This document shows, in pieces, positions 17,835 to 26,830 of a stretch of 64,000 bases of DNA. Position numbers and translations under genes: made by a program. A model generated the notes under the pieces. It saw nothing but the letters and a program-made list of their open reading frames with translations. It was not told the DNA's origin and did no database searches. Origin of the DNA: Candidatus Wallbacteria bacterium (GTDB lineage Bacteria; Muiribacteriota; UBA9980); contig JAKJHQ010000001.1 in NCBI GenBank assembly GCA_022703765.1, positions 17,854 through 81,853 of the forward strand, given 5' to 3'. Position 1 is the first letter of the stretch; the number at the start of each line of letters is the position of its first letter.

Positions 17835-20528
17835 TCAAAGTAAACCTTTAATGCGCTTTATTTCGGTAATTTCCGAAAATGTTATAACCGCGCCTTCGAT
17901 AACGTTTTCCATCGTACGGTAAGGCTGAATGCGCATCTGATACCATTGGCCGTCGGGCGTCTGCACTTCGGACTCTTTCGGTATCAACGTATCCAGAACC
18001 GTCCGGGTATCGTAAACGAGATCGGCGTAACCTTTGATTTTGCAAACTATATCGCTAATGGGCCTTCCTATGTCGGCGGAAATAAGGTTAATGACGCGCC
18101 TGACGGCGGGCGTGAAACGACGCACGCGAAGCTGATGATCGAGAAAAAGCGTGCCTATATTAGTTCCGGCGAGCAGGTTATTCATATCGTTATTCACCCG
18201 GGAAAGATCGGCCACTTTCTGCTGCAGTTCAGTATTTACAGTGGAGAGTTCCTCGTTGACCGATTGAAGCTCCTCTTTTGACGTTTCGAGCTCCTCGTTG
18301 GCCGACTGCAGTTCTTCGTTGACCGATTGAAGCTCTTCGTTGGCGGATTTAAGCTCTTCGTTCGAAGTCTCCATTTCTTCGAGCGTAGAGCGCAAATATT
18401 CTTCCTTGGCCTTCAAACGAAGTTCCAGCTCGTTTATTTTCGCAAGTTCGCCGCCGTCCGGCGGCGAGCCGGCATCTTCTTTTTTTATATAATTTTCGAG
18501 AGCGGTTTCACCGCCGTCTTCTAAAATAATCATAAACAGAGCGGGTGATCCTTCGGCGCAGGGCAGCGGCAGCGGTCTAACTTTTAAATCGACGTTAGTG
18601 AAATTGCCGTTAGTTTTTACTTTAAGCCCCGGATAACTGACCGGGGCGTTATTGGCCGCGGCCTTGTGAAGCGCGCTGGTGAGCTCGTAGCGCAATCCTT
18701 CGCGGGCCATTTTTAATACGTTCACTCCGGCTTCGCCCGGCGACGGTTCAAGATACTTGCCCGTTCGCCCGTGTATATATAAAATATCTCCGCGTTCGTT
18801 AACGATAACGCACGGCGGAGCGTACTGTAAAAGAAGCTCACGCTCGGTCATTTCACGGATTGAAATTTTGGCGGCCGCGACATTTTCGCGGGAACGTTTG
18901 GCCGCGAAATCGCGTTCCGCCATTGGAGTCATAATACTGGCGCGTGCGTGGGCGCCGGAACACGCGGTAATATCTTTTCGCTGATAAAGCTTCCATTTTC
19001 TGTCTATCACCGAAAATAAATCGGCGAAATCTCCTATCGATTCTGAATTTCCCAGAAACAAATAGCCGGAAGCGTTTAAGGCGTAATGAAACATGGGTAT
19101 GATTTTTTTTTGAAGCTCGCCGTCCATATAAATTAAAAGATTGCGGCAGCTTATAATATCTATTTTCGAAAACGGCGGGTCTTTAATAAGGCTCTGCTCC
19201 GAAAATATGAGCATATCGCGTATGATCTTTTTAATGCGGAAAGTCCCGTCTTCGGGATTATGAGTAAAAAAACGCGACAACCTTTCAGGCGAAATATCCG
19301 CCGCGATTGAAGCCGGATATATTCCGGCGCGGGCGGCCTCTATGGCTCGCGCGTCGATATCGGTGGCGAAAATCTGTATCTGGCATGAGCCTTTTAGCCG
19401 TTCGAGATGTTCTTGAAAAATAATAGCTATGGAATAAGCTTCTTCGCCAGTAGAACAGCCGCTCACCCAGACGCGTAAAGCCGTTCCGGAAGGCTTTTTG
19501 CTTAAAACAGATTCGACGATATTTTTATCGAAATTTTCGAAAGCTTCGGCGTCGCGGAAAAAATTAGTTACGCCGATAAGCAGGTCGCGAAAGAGCGCTT
19601 CAACTTCTTCCGGTTTTTTTTGAATGTATTGAACGTAATTTTCGAGCGTTTCTATTTTATTGACCATCATGCGTCTTTCGACGCGGCGTGATATGGTATT
19701 GGATTTATAATGTGAAAAATCATGGCCCGTAAATGAGCGAAGTATAATAAATATTTTTTTAAGAGCGTTTTCCGCTTTAACTTCGGACGCCGCCGAAGGG
19801 ACCAGGCCTTTACCGAAAGCGTTTTTAACGTAAGCGATCAATTGTTCCGGCATCTGCTGGGGAGTTAATATATAATCCACAAGTCCGGTGGCAATGGCGC
19901 TTCTGGGCATTCCGTCGTATTCGGTCGAATCGGGGCTCTGCGCCATGACCATTCCGCCTTCGCCCTTTACCGCGCGGATCCCGTGCATGCCGTCGTTTCC
20001 GGTTCCGGAAAGGACTATGCAAATGGAACGTTCTCGCTGGTCCTGCGCAAGTGAGCGGAAGAAAAAGTCTATAGGCAGCCTCATTCCACGGGGCGAAGAC
20101 GGCTCCATCAAATGAAGCGTACCGTTTAAAAAGGCCATGTCTTTATTAGGCGGAATTATATAGGCGCAGTCGGGCTGGACCTTCATCGCATCCTCGACCT
20201 CAAAAACCTTCATTCGCGTATAGCGTTTAACGAGCTCGGCGAGGATGCTTTTGTGGTCGGGCGCAAGGTGCTGCACGAGTACGAAAGCCATTCCGGTTTC
20301 GACGCCGGGCGGCATGGCTGAAAAAAAAGCCTCGAAAGCGCCGAGCCCTCCGGCCGACGCGCCGATGCCCACTACCGCAAAATTTGAGTTATCGGCGTTT
20401 TTTTTATGATTATCGCCGGTAATAACGGGGCCGCGGCCCGCGACGGATATTGCGGAAATCTTATCATCCGGCGTTATTATCTTTTTCTTCTTTGTAATAG
20501 CACACCTTCTAATCGCTAAATATTTCAA
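17835..20528 (-). CDS. CheB methylesterase / CheR methyltransferase fusion protein with a C-terminal coiled-coil and PAS-like region.
   Basis: CheB core AVVGIGASAGGLGAFEAFFSAMPP ... VLVQHLAPDH ... GTGNDGMHG. CheR region FFRDAEAFENF ... RVWVSGCSTGEEAYSIAII. Heptad repeats EELQSVNEELQSANEEL. The start is uncertain: the ORF opens on TTG and no in-frame ATG occurs before the CheB core. Confidence 0.85.
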   Translation of the reverse strand: MKYLAIRRCAITKKKKIITPDDKISAISVAGRGPVITGDNHKKNADNSNFAVVGIGASAGGLGAFEAFFSAMPPGVETGMAFVLVQHLAPDHKSILAELVKRYTRMKVFEVEDAMKVQPDCAYIIPPNKDMAFLNGTLHLMEPSSPRGMRLPIDFFFRSLAQDQRERSICIVLSGTGNDGMHGIRAVKGEGGMVMAQSPDSTEYDGMPRSAIATGLVDYILTPQQMPEQLIAYVKNAFGKGLVPSAASEVKAENALKKIFIILRSFTGHDFSHYKSNTISRRVERRMMVNKIETLENYVQYIQKKPEEVEALFRDLLIGVTNFFRDAEAFENFDKNIVESVLSKKPSGTALRVWVSGCSTGEEAYSIAIIFQEHLERLKGSCQIQIFATDIDARAIEAARAGIYPASIAADISPERLSRFFTHNPEDGTFRIKKIIRDMLIFSEQSLIKDPPFSKIDIISCRNLLIYMDGELQKKIIPMFHYALNASGYLFLGNSESIGDFADLFSVIDRKWKLYQRKDITACSGAHARASIMTPMAERDFAAKRSRENVAAAKISIREMTERELLLQYAPPCVIVNERGDILYIHGRTGKYLEPSPGEAGVNVLKMAREGLRYELTSALHKAAANNAPVSYPGLKVKTNGNFTNVDLKVRPLPLPCAEGSPALFMIILEDGGETALENYIKKEDAGSPPDGGELAKINELELRLKAKEEYLRSTLEEMETSNEELKSANEELQSVNEELQSANEELETSKEELQSVNEELSTVNTELQQKVADLSRVNNDMNNLLAGTNIGTLFLDHQLRVRRFTPAVRRVINLISADIGRPISDIVCKIKGYADLVYDTRTVLDTLIPKESEVQTPDGQWYQMRIQPYRTMENVIEGAVITFSEITEIKRIKGLL

Positions 20529-20712
20529 AAACGTTCAACCGCGTATAGGCTCTAAAAAAGATTTTATGCCCGGGTTCATAATTTATTTAAATCTTACTCT
20601 TTAATCCGGCATTTGTCAACATAAAATATCAATGCGCATAAATCATTAATAATATTGAAATTATTTTAATTATATGCTATTATCGTTTTTATATTTTTTC
20701 ACGGAGGCGATT

Positions 20713-21258
20713 ATGCAAAGGGAAGAAGCTTTAAATCTGGTCAAAAAATACGTTAAAAACAATAATTTAATCAAGCACATGCTCGCGGCCGAAACCGTAA
20801 TGAAGCATTTCGCCGCGCGCTTCGGCGAAGACGGTTCAGATTGGGCCATAGCGGGTCTTGTCCACGACATAGACGTAGAGATGACTAAAGACTGTCCCGG
20901 GCTGCACGGCAAAAAAAGCGCCGAAATTCTTAAAGCGAACGGTTTTTCCGACAGAATAATAGAAGCGGTGGCCAACCATCCCAAGGACGAACCCATGGGC
21001 GATAATATGTCTAAAATGTTATATTCCGCTGACCAGGTAACCGGCCTGATAGTCGCGGGCGCGCTTATCCATCCGGATAAAAAGCTCGCCGCGATCAACG
21101 GCGATTTCATAATGAAGCGGTTCAATGAAAAGCGGTTCGCGGCGGGCGCCAACCGCGACCGGATAAAGGCCGTCGAAAAAATGGGAATACCGCTTTCGGA
21201 ATTCATAGACGAATCGCTCAAGGCGATGCAGGCGATACATTCGGAAATAGGGCTTTAA
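20713..21258 (+). CDS. HD-domain (HDIG-type) phosphohydrolase family protein.
   Basis: H ... HD metal motif: HMLAAETVMKHFA ... AIAGLVHDIDVE. Start set at ATG 20713, which has a GGAGG RBS; the longer ORF from 20674 lacks one. Confidence 0.75.
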   Translation: MQREEALNLVKKYVKNNNLIKHMLAAETVMKHFAARFGEDGSDWAIAGLVHDIDVEMTKDCPGLHGKKSAEILKANGFSDRIIEAVANHPKDEPMGDNMSKMLYSADQVTGLIVAGALIHPDKKLAAINGDFIMKRFNEKRFAAGANRDRIKAVEKMGIPLSEFIDESLKAMQAIHSEIGL

Positions 21259-21339
21259 GCGTATATTAGCGCGCATTCGATGGCGCCGGGCCATGATTTT
21301 AAAAAAAAGAACATCTAGTATATAAGGAATTGATGATAT

Positions 21340-22338
21340 ATGAAAATCCTGCTGGTATATTTTTCGGCGACCGGAAACACCGCTTTTTACGCCAGAAGTC
21401 TCGCTTCGGCTATCGCGGGGCGAGGCCATCGCTGCGATCTTTTAGACGTAGAAAAGCGTTTCGATTTAAGGGCCGTATGGCATGCGGCCCCCGTGGTGCC
21501 GCGTTATATGATAGAAGCGCAGGCGCGCATTCCGCTGGAGACTCCTGTCGGTTCGCTCGTTTCGAGCGAAAATGAAATAAAAAACGAGGCCTTGATAGAA
21601 GCTTTCGATAAATTCGACAGGTATATCGCCAATTTCGATATAATAGGCTTCGGCTCGCCCGTTTATTTTTTCGAACCGGCGGCGGTATTTTCGAGTTTCA
21701 TTAAACTCATCCCCGTCCAGACCGGAAAAAAGGCGTTCACATTCGCTACGCACATGGAAGGGCCGGTATGGTTCCGTAAAAACATCAGGGAAGCTCTCGA
21801 GGCGAGGGGTTTTCGCATAATAGGGCATGCCGACGATCACATAATTCATACAGAGCTGCTGCCGGTAATGCCTAAATTCATCGCCGGCGAGGGCGTTCAA
21901 AAAGCTTATTTAAGATACCGCCGTCCGAGGATAAATAAGAAAATAAAAGCGTTTTTGGATTCGGTGAATTTAGTAAAAGGCGCCGCTCCCGATCAAATCC
22001 AGCCGGCCGAAGCCGGGCCGGTCCCGCAGATGGACCAGCTCGTAGGCGGCCTGGTAGAAAAGGCGCTTTACGCCACTCTTAAATTTTCGATGGGCAGCCG
22101 CATCATAAAAGAAAAATGCGTCAAATGCGGCCTTTGCGCGAGCAGCTGTCCCATGAAAATGATCCGCATGGACGCCGATACGGGATATCCAGTCAGAACC
22201 AGCCACTGCATGTACTGTCTGCGCTGCATAAACATCTGCCCGGTCGAAGCGGTATCTTACGCGCCGTTAAGCGACGGCAGGGCGCGTTTCAGGGGATTCG
22301 AAAAGCTGGAGGCGGCAGGGCGCATTCCGGCGCGTTAA
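21340..22338 (+). CDS. Flavodoxin-like domain fused to a 2x[4Fe-4S] ferredoxin domain.
   Basis: N-terminus KILLVYFSATGNTAFYARSLA (flavodoxin-like). C-terminus CVKCGLCASSCP ... CMYCLRCINICP (two CxxCxxCxxxCP clusters). AAGGAA RBS. Confidence 0.7.
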   Translation: MKILLVYFSATGNTAFYARSLASAIAGRGHRCDLLDVEKRFDLRAVWHAAPVVPRYMIEAQARIPLETPVGSLVSSENEIKNEALIEAFDKFDRYIANFDIIGFGSPVYFFEPAAVFSSFIKLIPVQTGKKAFTFATHMEGPVWFRKNIREALEARGFRIIGHADDHIIHTELLPVMPKFIAGEGVQKAYLRYRRPRINKKIKAFLDSVNLVKGAAPDQIQPAEAGPVPQMDQLVGGLVEKALYATLKFSMGSRIIKEKCVKCGLCASSCPMKMIRMDADTGYPVRTSHCMYCLRCINICPVEAVSYAPLSDGRARFRGFEKLEAAGRIPAR

Positions 22339-23333
22339 AGATCGTCCCGTGCGCTGAGGCGTTTTTCGCCCTTTTCCAGATAATTCAAAACATAATCCTT
22401 CACGGCGTCTTCGAGCGAATACGTTTCGAGCGTGGCGCCGGCGGAGGCGTTTTCGAATTTAGACATTTCGGCTCTGGTGTAATATTGGTATTTGTCGCGG
22501 ATCTCGACCGGCATATCGATGTAGTTAATCTTCTTCTTCATTTTAAGCGCGCTGAAAATAGCGGACGCCAGCTGGTTCCATGTAGAAGCGGTCCCGCTGC
22601 CTATATTGAATATTCCGTTTTTATGGGGGTTTTCGATGAAAAATCTCACGCGGTCCACGGCATGTTTCACGTATATGAAATCGCGCATCTGTTCGCCGTC
22701 TTTATATTCGGGCATATGCGATTTGAAAAGGCTGATCGACGAGTTTTCTTTTATCTGGTAGTACGCTTTATTTACGAGGCTTCTCATATCTTTTTTATGG
22801 TATTCGTTGGGCCCGAAGACGTTAAAAAATTTAAGGCCGGTGATTTTATCGAGAAGGTTGTTAGAGCGCGCGTACAGATCGAAAAGCTGTTTGGAATAGC
22901 CGTACATATTAAGCGGGCGGAGTTTTTCCATGACGGCGTCATCGTCGGAAAATCCGTTTTCGCCGGCGCCGTATGTGGCCGCGCTGCTGGCATAAATGAA
23001 TCTGATGCCGTTATTAACGCAGTACCATGCGAGAGTTTTGGTATATTCGTAATTATTGTTAATTAAATAGCGGCAGTCGGCTTCGGTTGTAGAAGAGCAC
23101 GCCCCCATATGAATTATGCAATCTATTTTATCGTTTTTAAACGAGCCGTTCCTGATATACTCTATAAAAGCGTCTCTTTCAAGATAATCGCTGAAGGCGA
23201 GCCCGCGCAGGTTCATCCACTTGTTGGAACTGGCGAGGTTATCGACCGCTATTATATTCTTTTCACCCATGGAGTTGAGTTTCCATATTATGGCGCTTCC
23301 GATAAATCCCGCGCCGCCCGTAACTATAATCAT
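22335..23333 (-). CDS. hldD: ADP-L-glycero-D-manno-heptose-6-epimerase.
   Basis: MIIVTGGAGFIGS ... AVDNL ... HMGACSSTTE ... YASSAATYG ... NVFGPNE ... NIGSG matches HldD/RfaD (SDR family) across the whole length. Confidence 0.9.
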   Translation of the reverse strand: MIIVTGGAGFIGSAIIWKLNSMGEKNIIAVDNLASSNKWMNLRGLAFSDYLERDAFIEYIRNGSFKNDKIDCIIHMGACSSTTEADCRYLINNNYEYTKTLAWYCVNNGIRFIYASSAATYGAGENGFSDDDAVMEKLRPLNMYGYSKQLFDLYARSNNLLDKITGLKFFNVFGPNEYHKKDMRSLVNKAYYQIKENSSISLFKSHMPEYKDGEQMRDFIYVKHAVDRVRFFIENPHKNGIFNIGSGTASTWNQLASAIFSALKMKKKINYIDMPVEIRDKYQYYTRAEMSKFENASAGATLETYSLEDAVKDYVLNYLEKGEKRLSARDDL

Positions 23334-23448
23334 TTAACGACCTCTAATCATTGATATTTCATTTATAAATTAACCGCAATATTATGTAATCCATCGCTTA
23401 TTCTATCATATAAAAGCTATTTAATAAAGTTTTTTTTGGGTTCCCTTT

Positions 23449-23536
23449 CATTTTGTATGGGAAAGGGCATCAGTGAAGTGCAGAGTTGATAGTGCATAGT
23501 GGATAGTGAAGGCTGGGGCTCGCCCTGCGAGCTCTA
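23449..23536 (+). repeat. Intergenic repeat family, head module (H), a diverged copy.
   Basis: cagtgaagtgcagagttgatagtgcatagtggatagtgaagg, then ctggggctcgccctgcgagctctat. Compare 7974-8080 and 32538-32640. Confidence 0.7.
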
Positions 23537-23589
23537 TTTGATTAACCGAAAGGTAAATATAAAACCCTTAAGGTAACTAACCCGTAAGC

Positions 23590-23820
23590 CATTATTGCAG
23601 CGCAGACGCGAGCGAAGCGCGCGTCTGCAAAAAAAACATAAATAAAAAGCTGAGCATAAAAGAAATTATAGCAACATAAGAAAAGAGCCTAGCAGAATTA
23701 AAGCGCCGATAGAAAAGCTGGCACTTCACAAAAATAAAGCGTCAGGCTAATCAGGGGTTGGAAGGGATTTTAAGGGAAGGCAGGGGCCATTGGCCCCTGG
23801 CCTTCCCTTATCAAAAAAAG
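23590..23820 (+). repeat. Composite structured element, copy 2 (hairpin, purine-rich tract and palindrome in the same order as 8289-8606).
   Basis: ccattattgcagcgcagacgcgagcgaagcgcgcgtctgcaaaa. A purine-rich tract. aaagcgtcaggc...aggggttggaagggattttaagggaaggcaggggccattggcccctggccttcccttatcaaaaaaag. Confidence 0.75.
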
Positions 23821-23882
23821 AAATATCTTTTTCATCATAAAACCGATATTAATAATCTACAAAAATTGCCGATATGTAAAAC

Positions 23883-24212
23883 ATGAAAAGTTTAAAATTT
23901 AAACAATTGCATATCATTTACCTTTTTCTATCGGTTTCACTGGTCACTTTTGCGATGGCCGGCTGCAGCGGTTCCAGCGATTCTTCGTCGTCGGCGCCGA
24001 ATTATTTATTCACCGAGCGTTATAACGCGCCCGAAGTGATTTCATATATAGACAAGTACGGCAATGATTTTGAAAAAACCCAGGCTATCGAAGCCGGAAG
24101 GGTATATGAAACCATGACGTGGCGTTCGAAGGGCGTGGCCATAAAATACCTTTACGACACCGGCCAGATAGTCAAAGAGGACCATTTTTCAACATATTCC
24201 ACTCAGCGGTAA
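23883..24212 (+). CDS. Small putative lipoprotein.
   Basis: Signal peptide plus lipobox, LVTFAMAGCSGSS. 109 aa. No clear RBS. Confidence 0.45.
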   Translation: MKSLKFKQLHIIYLFLSVSLVTFAMAGCSGSSDSSSSAPNYLFTERYNAPEVISYIDKYGNDFEKTQAIEAGRVYETMTWRSKGVAIKYLYDTGQIVKEDHFSTYSTQR

Positions 24213-24373
24213 AAAGGTTTTTAAAAATTGAGCTTAGCAATGTAAAATAAAAATGAAAAGGGTTTTGAAGATCAAAGCCCTTTTTTTTATTTTAATTCAA
24301 GATAAAAAATAAATTTATTTAAAAAAATCGGGAATAAATTAAAACGCCGGCCGTTATATTACCGGGTGAAGCG

Positions 24374-24940
24374 ATGAACGATAAAATTTCCGGGGACGAC
24401 AAAATTAAATACGCTTATACATTGGACCGCGGTAAAGGTTTTGAAGAGCTTTACAATTTTTACTATTCGGACATTTATTATTTCTTATTGAATATGTCGG
24501 CGGACTGCGAGCTTGCGCTGGATTTAACGCACGACGTTTTTATAAAAGCTTATAATCAGTCCGGAATCGAAGAATTCAAAATAAAAGCCTGGCTTTTCAG
24601 AGTGGCGGCCAATTGTTTTTATGAATATAAGCGTTCGTATTACAGAAGGGTCAAATATTACATAAACAATATATACAGGCTGATAGACCCTCCCGAAGAC
24701 GCTGAAATCAAATTTATAGAGCGGGCGAGCGAGGCGTGCGATAAGACCAGGCTTCGCGAATCCCTTAAAAAGCTCGATGAAAAAGACCGTTTGATAATAA
24801 CGCTGAGGTATTACAACGGCTTTTCTTACGAAGAGATCGCGGAATCGGCAGGCATAGAGGCGGGAACGGTAATGTCGAGGCTCCACAGGGCGAAGGAAAG
24901 GTTGAAGGAAGTGATGAGCGATGAACCGGGACAACGATAA
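24374..24940 (+). CDS. ECF-type RNA polymerase sigma factor (sigma-70 family, regions 2 and 4).
   Basis: Region 2: DLTHDVFIKAY ... AWLFRVAANCF. Region 4: ITLRYYNGFSYEEIAESAGIEAGTVMSRLHRAKERLK. Confidence 0.85.
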   Translation: MNDKISGDDKIKYAYTLDRGKGFEELYNFYYSDIYYFLLNMSADCELALDLTHDVFIKAYNQSGIEEFKIKAWLFRVAANCFYEYKRSYYRRVKYYINNIYRLIDPPEDAEIKFIERASEACDKTRLRESLKKLDEKDRLIITLRYYNGFSYEEIAESAGIEAGTVMSRLHRAKERLKEVMSDEPGQR

Positions 24941-25421
24941 GGAACGCGGCGTGGCATACGGCGCAGATGGCGGGGAAGAAAAATTTGAAAGCGAAATCGG
25001 GAAACTGTTCGCAGCCCAGGCCGAAGCCGACAAAAAAGCGGAAATATCAAGCATAAGAAATATAGAATATTCCAGAATAACCGGCGCTCAGGGTTCGAGG
25101 GGAGTTTCATTCTATTACTTTCTGAGCGCGTTTTTGGTTTTGTTTATAATCTTCATGGCGTATAACATATCGCAGGTGGCGAATGAAAAATTATCTTCCG
25201 GCGGGCCGGGAGGATATTTCAACGCGCCTTACGAACCGGAAGGCGATGCGGGCGATAATTATTCGGCGGCGGGCAAATATCTCGACCCGTTGAGCGCTCT
25301 GGCGTTTTTTGCGCTCGAAGGCGCAGCCATATTCGTTTTAATAATAATTTTAAGGTTTTTATTAAGCTGCGTTTTCTTTAAATCAGGCGCGCTGAATAAA
25401 AAAATCAATATTTTATCGTGA
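24921..25421 (+). CDS. Putative anti-sigma factor with a single TM segment.
   Basis: It overlaps the sigma gene by 20 nt. A soluble N-terminus is followed by the TM segment FYYFLSAFLVLFIIFMAY. This layout is typical of ECF sigma/anti-sigma pairs. Confidence 0.5.
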   Translation: MNRDNDKERGVAYGADGGEEKFESEIGKLFAAQAEADKKAEISSIRNIEYSRITGAQGSRGVSFYYFLSAFLVLFIIFMAYNISQVANEKLSSGGPGGYFNAPYEPEGDAGDNYSAAGKYLDPLSALAFFALEGAAIFVLIIILRFLLSCVFFKSGALNKKINILS

Positions 25422-25507
25422 CGCTTTTAAAGGGCGGAAGAGCGGCCGGGCGGCGCTATCCGTTAAAGAGTTAAAAACAGCAGAAATAAGCGAGGGGGGA
25501 AAAGCAT

Positions 25508-26818
25508 ATGAAAATAAATAAAAACGGGGCATTCGTATTTTTACCGGCGGCGGGCAGAGTAAAAAATATCGTAATATTAACATGCGTCCTTCTCTTTCTG
25601 GCGTTTCAGAGCGTTTTGATTTACGCGGTTTTTTTGAGTTTCAACGTCTCTTACAGCGCGACGGCGCCAAAAATAATACTCGATAAAACCGAAGAAATTT
25701 ATATATCGAAGCTCGCCGGGATATTAGAAACCGGCGGCCGGCTCTTCAACGATAAAATAAAAGAAACGCATTTAAAAGACAATATGGACACCGTCGAAAA
25801 TTTATTCATCAAAGAGCTGGATTCGGCGGTCGGCGATACTCTGGAATCGGTGCTTCTTTCGAGCAGGATCATATTCAACCGCGGATATTCGCTTAAAAAT
25901 TTAAGGACGATCGCTCGCGTACTCGAGGATTACGCAAAAATAAAGATCAAAAATAACGAACCAAAAAAGGCCGCAGCGGCGATAAATTCAATTTTATCGA
26001 TGGCGATGACGCCTCAGACCGGCTTTGATTCCGAAAAACCTTTGATTTGCAACATCTTCACCTATTCATTCAAAGCCCGCGCCACAAAGCTTATAGAAGA
26101 GCTGTTGAATTCGGGCGTCAAAATCGAAACGCAAGACCTGAATAAGCTTTGCGTAAAACTTATAAGGTACGAAGCCGCGAGCGACGATTTCGCGAAGACG
26201 ATAAAGCATGAAAAAGAGGCCTGCTTGAGAATGATAGAAGCCAATTTCTACGGCATCAACCCCAAAGCGGAACGCCTGGAGCGCATTTTAACGATAATGT
26301 TCATAAAGGGGACGGAGCTTTACTACGGCGATATCGCCGCGCAGTACAAAAAAATCATGGACGATTTAATAGCGGCCGCGGGCCTTGAATACGGCAAGGC
26401 CGTAAAAAAATTCGAAGAGCTCAACGAAGCGGAGCGCGCCATAAATAAAGCGCGGATTTATATTCTGGCCGTGCTTCAGTCTAAGATCAACCCGCTGGTT
26501 TTATGGGTAACCCCTTCCTGCGCGGAATATTACAATAAATTTACTGCACAGAGAGCGTTTACGAGCGCCGCCGTAATTAAATTAGCCGCGCGCGCCATAA
26601 AAGACGGCGAAGGCGCGGATAAAATCCCCGTGAAAATAGAGGATTTTAAAAGAATTCCGGAAATAAAAAGCAAGGAATGGATATTAAACGATCCGTTCAC
26701 GGGCAAACCGTTAATCTACAAAAAAAGCGAGACCGGCGAAATAACGCTTTACAGCGCGGGGTATAACGCCATAGACGACGGCGGCAGTTTTAAAGACAGC
26801 CGGGACATTAAACTTTAA
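25508..26818 (+). CDS. Hypothetical membrane-anchored protein, the third gene of the ECF sigma operon.
   Basis: GAGGGGGGA RBS. N-terminal TM segment IVILTCVLLFLAFQSVLIYAVFL, then a large mostly helical domain. Confidence 0.55.
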   Translation: MKINKNGAFVFLPAAGRVKNIVILTCVLLFLAFQSVLIYAVFLSFNVSYSATAPKIILDKTEEIYISKLAGILETGGRLFNDKIKETHLKDNMDTVENLFIKELDSAVGDTLESVLLSSRIIFNRGYSLKNLRTIARVLEDYAKIKIKNNEPKKAAAAINSILSMAMTPQTGFDSEKPLICNIFTYSFKARATKLIEELLNSGVKIETQDLNKLCVKLIRYEAASDDFAKTIKHEKEACLRMIEANFYGINPKAERLERILTIMFIKGTELYYGDIAAQYKKIMDDLIAAAGLEYGKAVKKFEELNEAERAINKARIYILAVLQSKINPLVLWVTPSCAEYYNKFTAQRAFTSAAVIKLAARAIKDGEGADKIPVKIEDFKRIPEIKSKEWILNDPFTGKPLIYKKSETGEITLYSAGYNAIDDGGSFKDSRDIKL

Positions 26819-26830
26819 ACTAAAAACTTG

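Noticed and set aside
22116-23066. Plus-strand ORF of 316 aa overlapping hldD
   Set aside because: hldD on the minus strand is an unambiguous full-length match. The plus frame is an antisense artefact.
23716-23740. Sigma-54 promoter-like TGGCAC in the composite element, and GGCAC-CTTGC at about 8590
   Set aside because: The spacing to any TTGC/GC -12 element is wrong: 1 nt instead of about 5 in one case, and no -12 element in the other.
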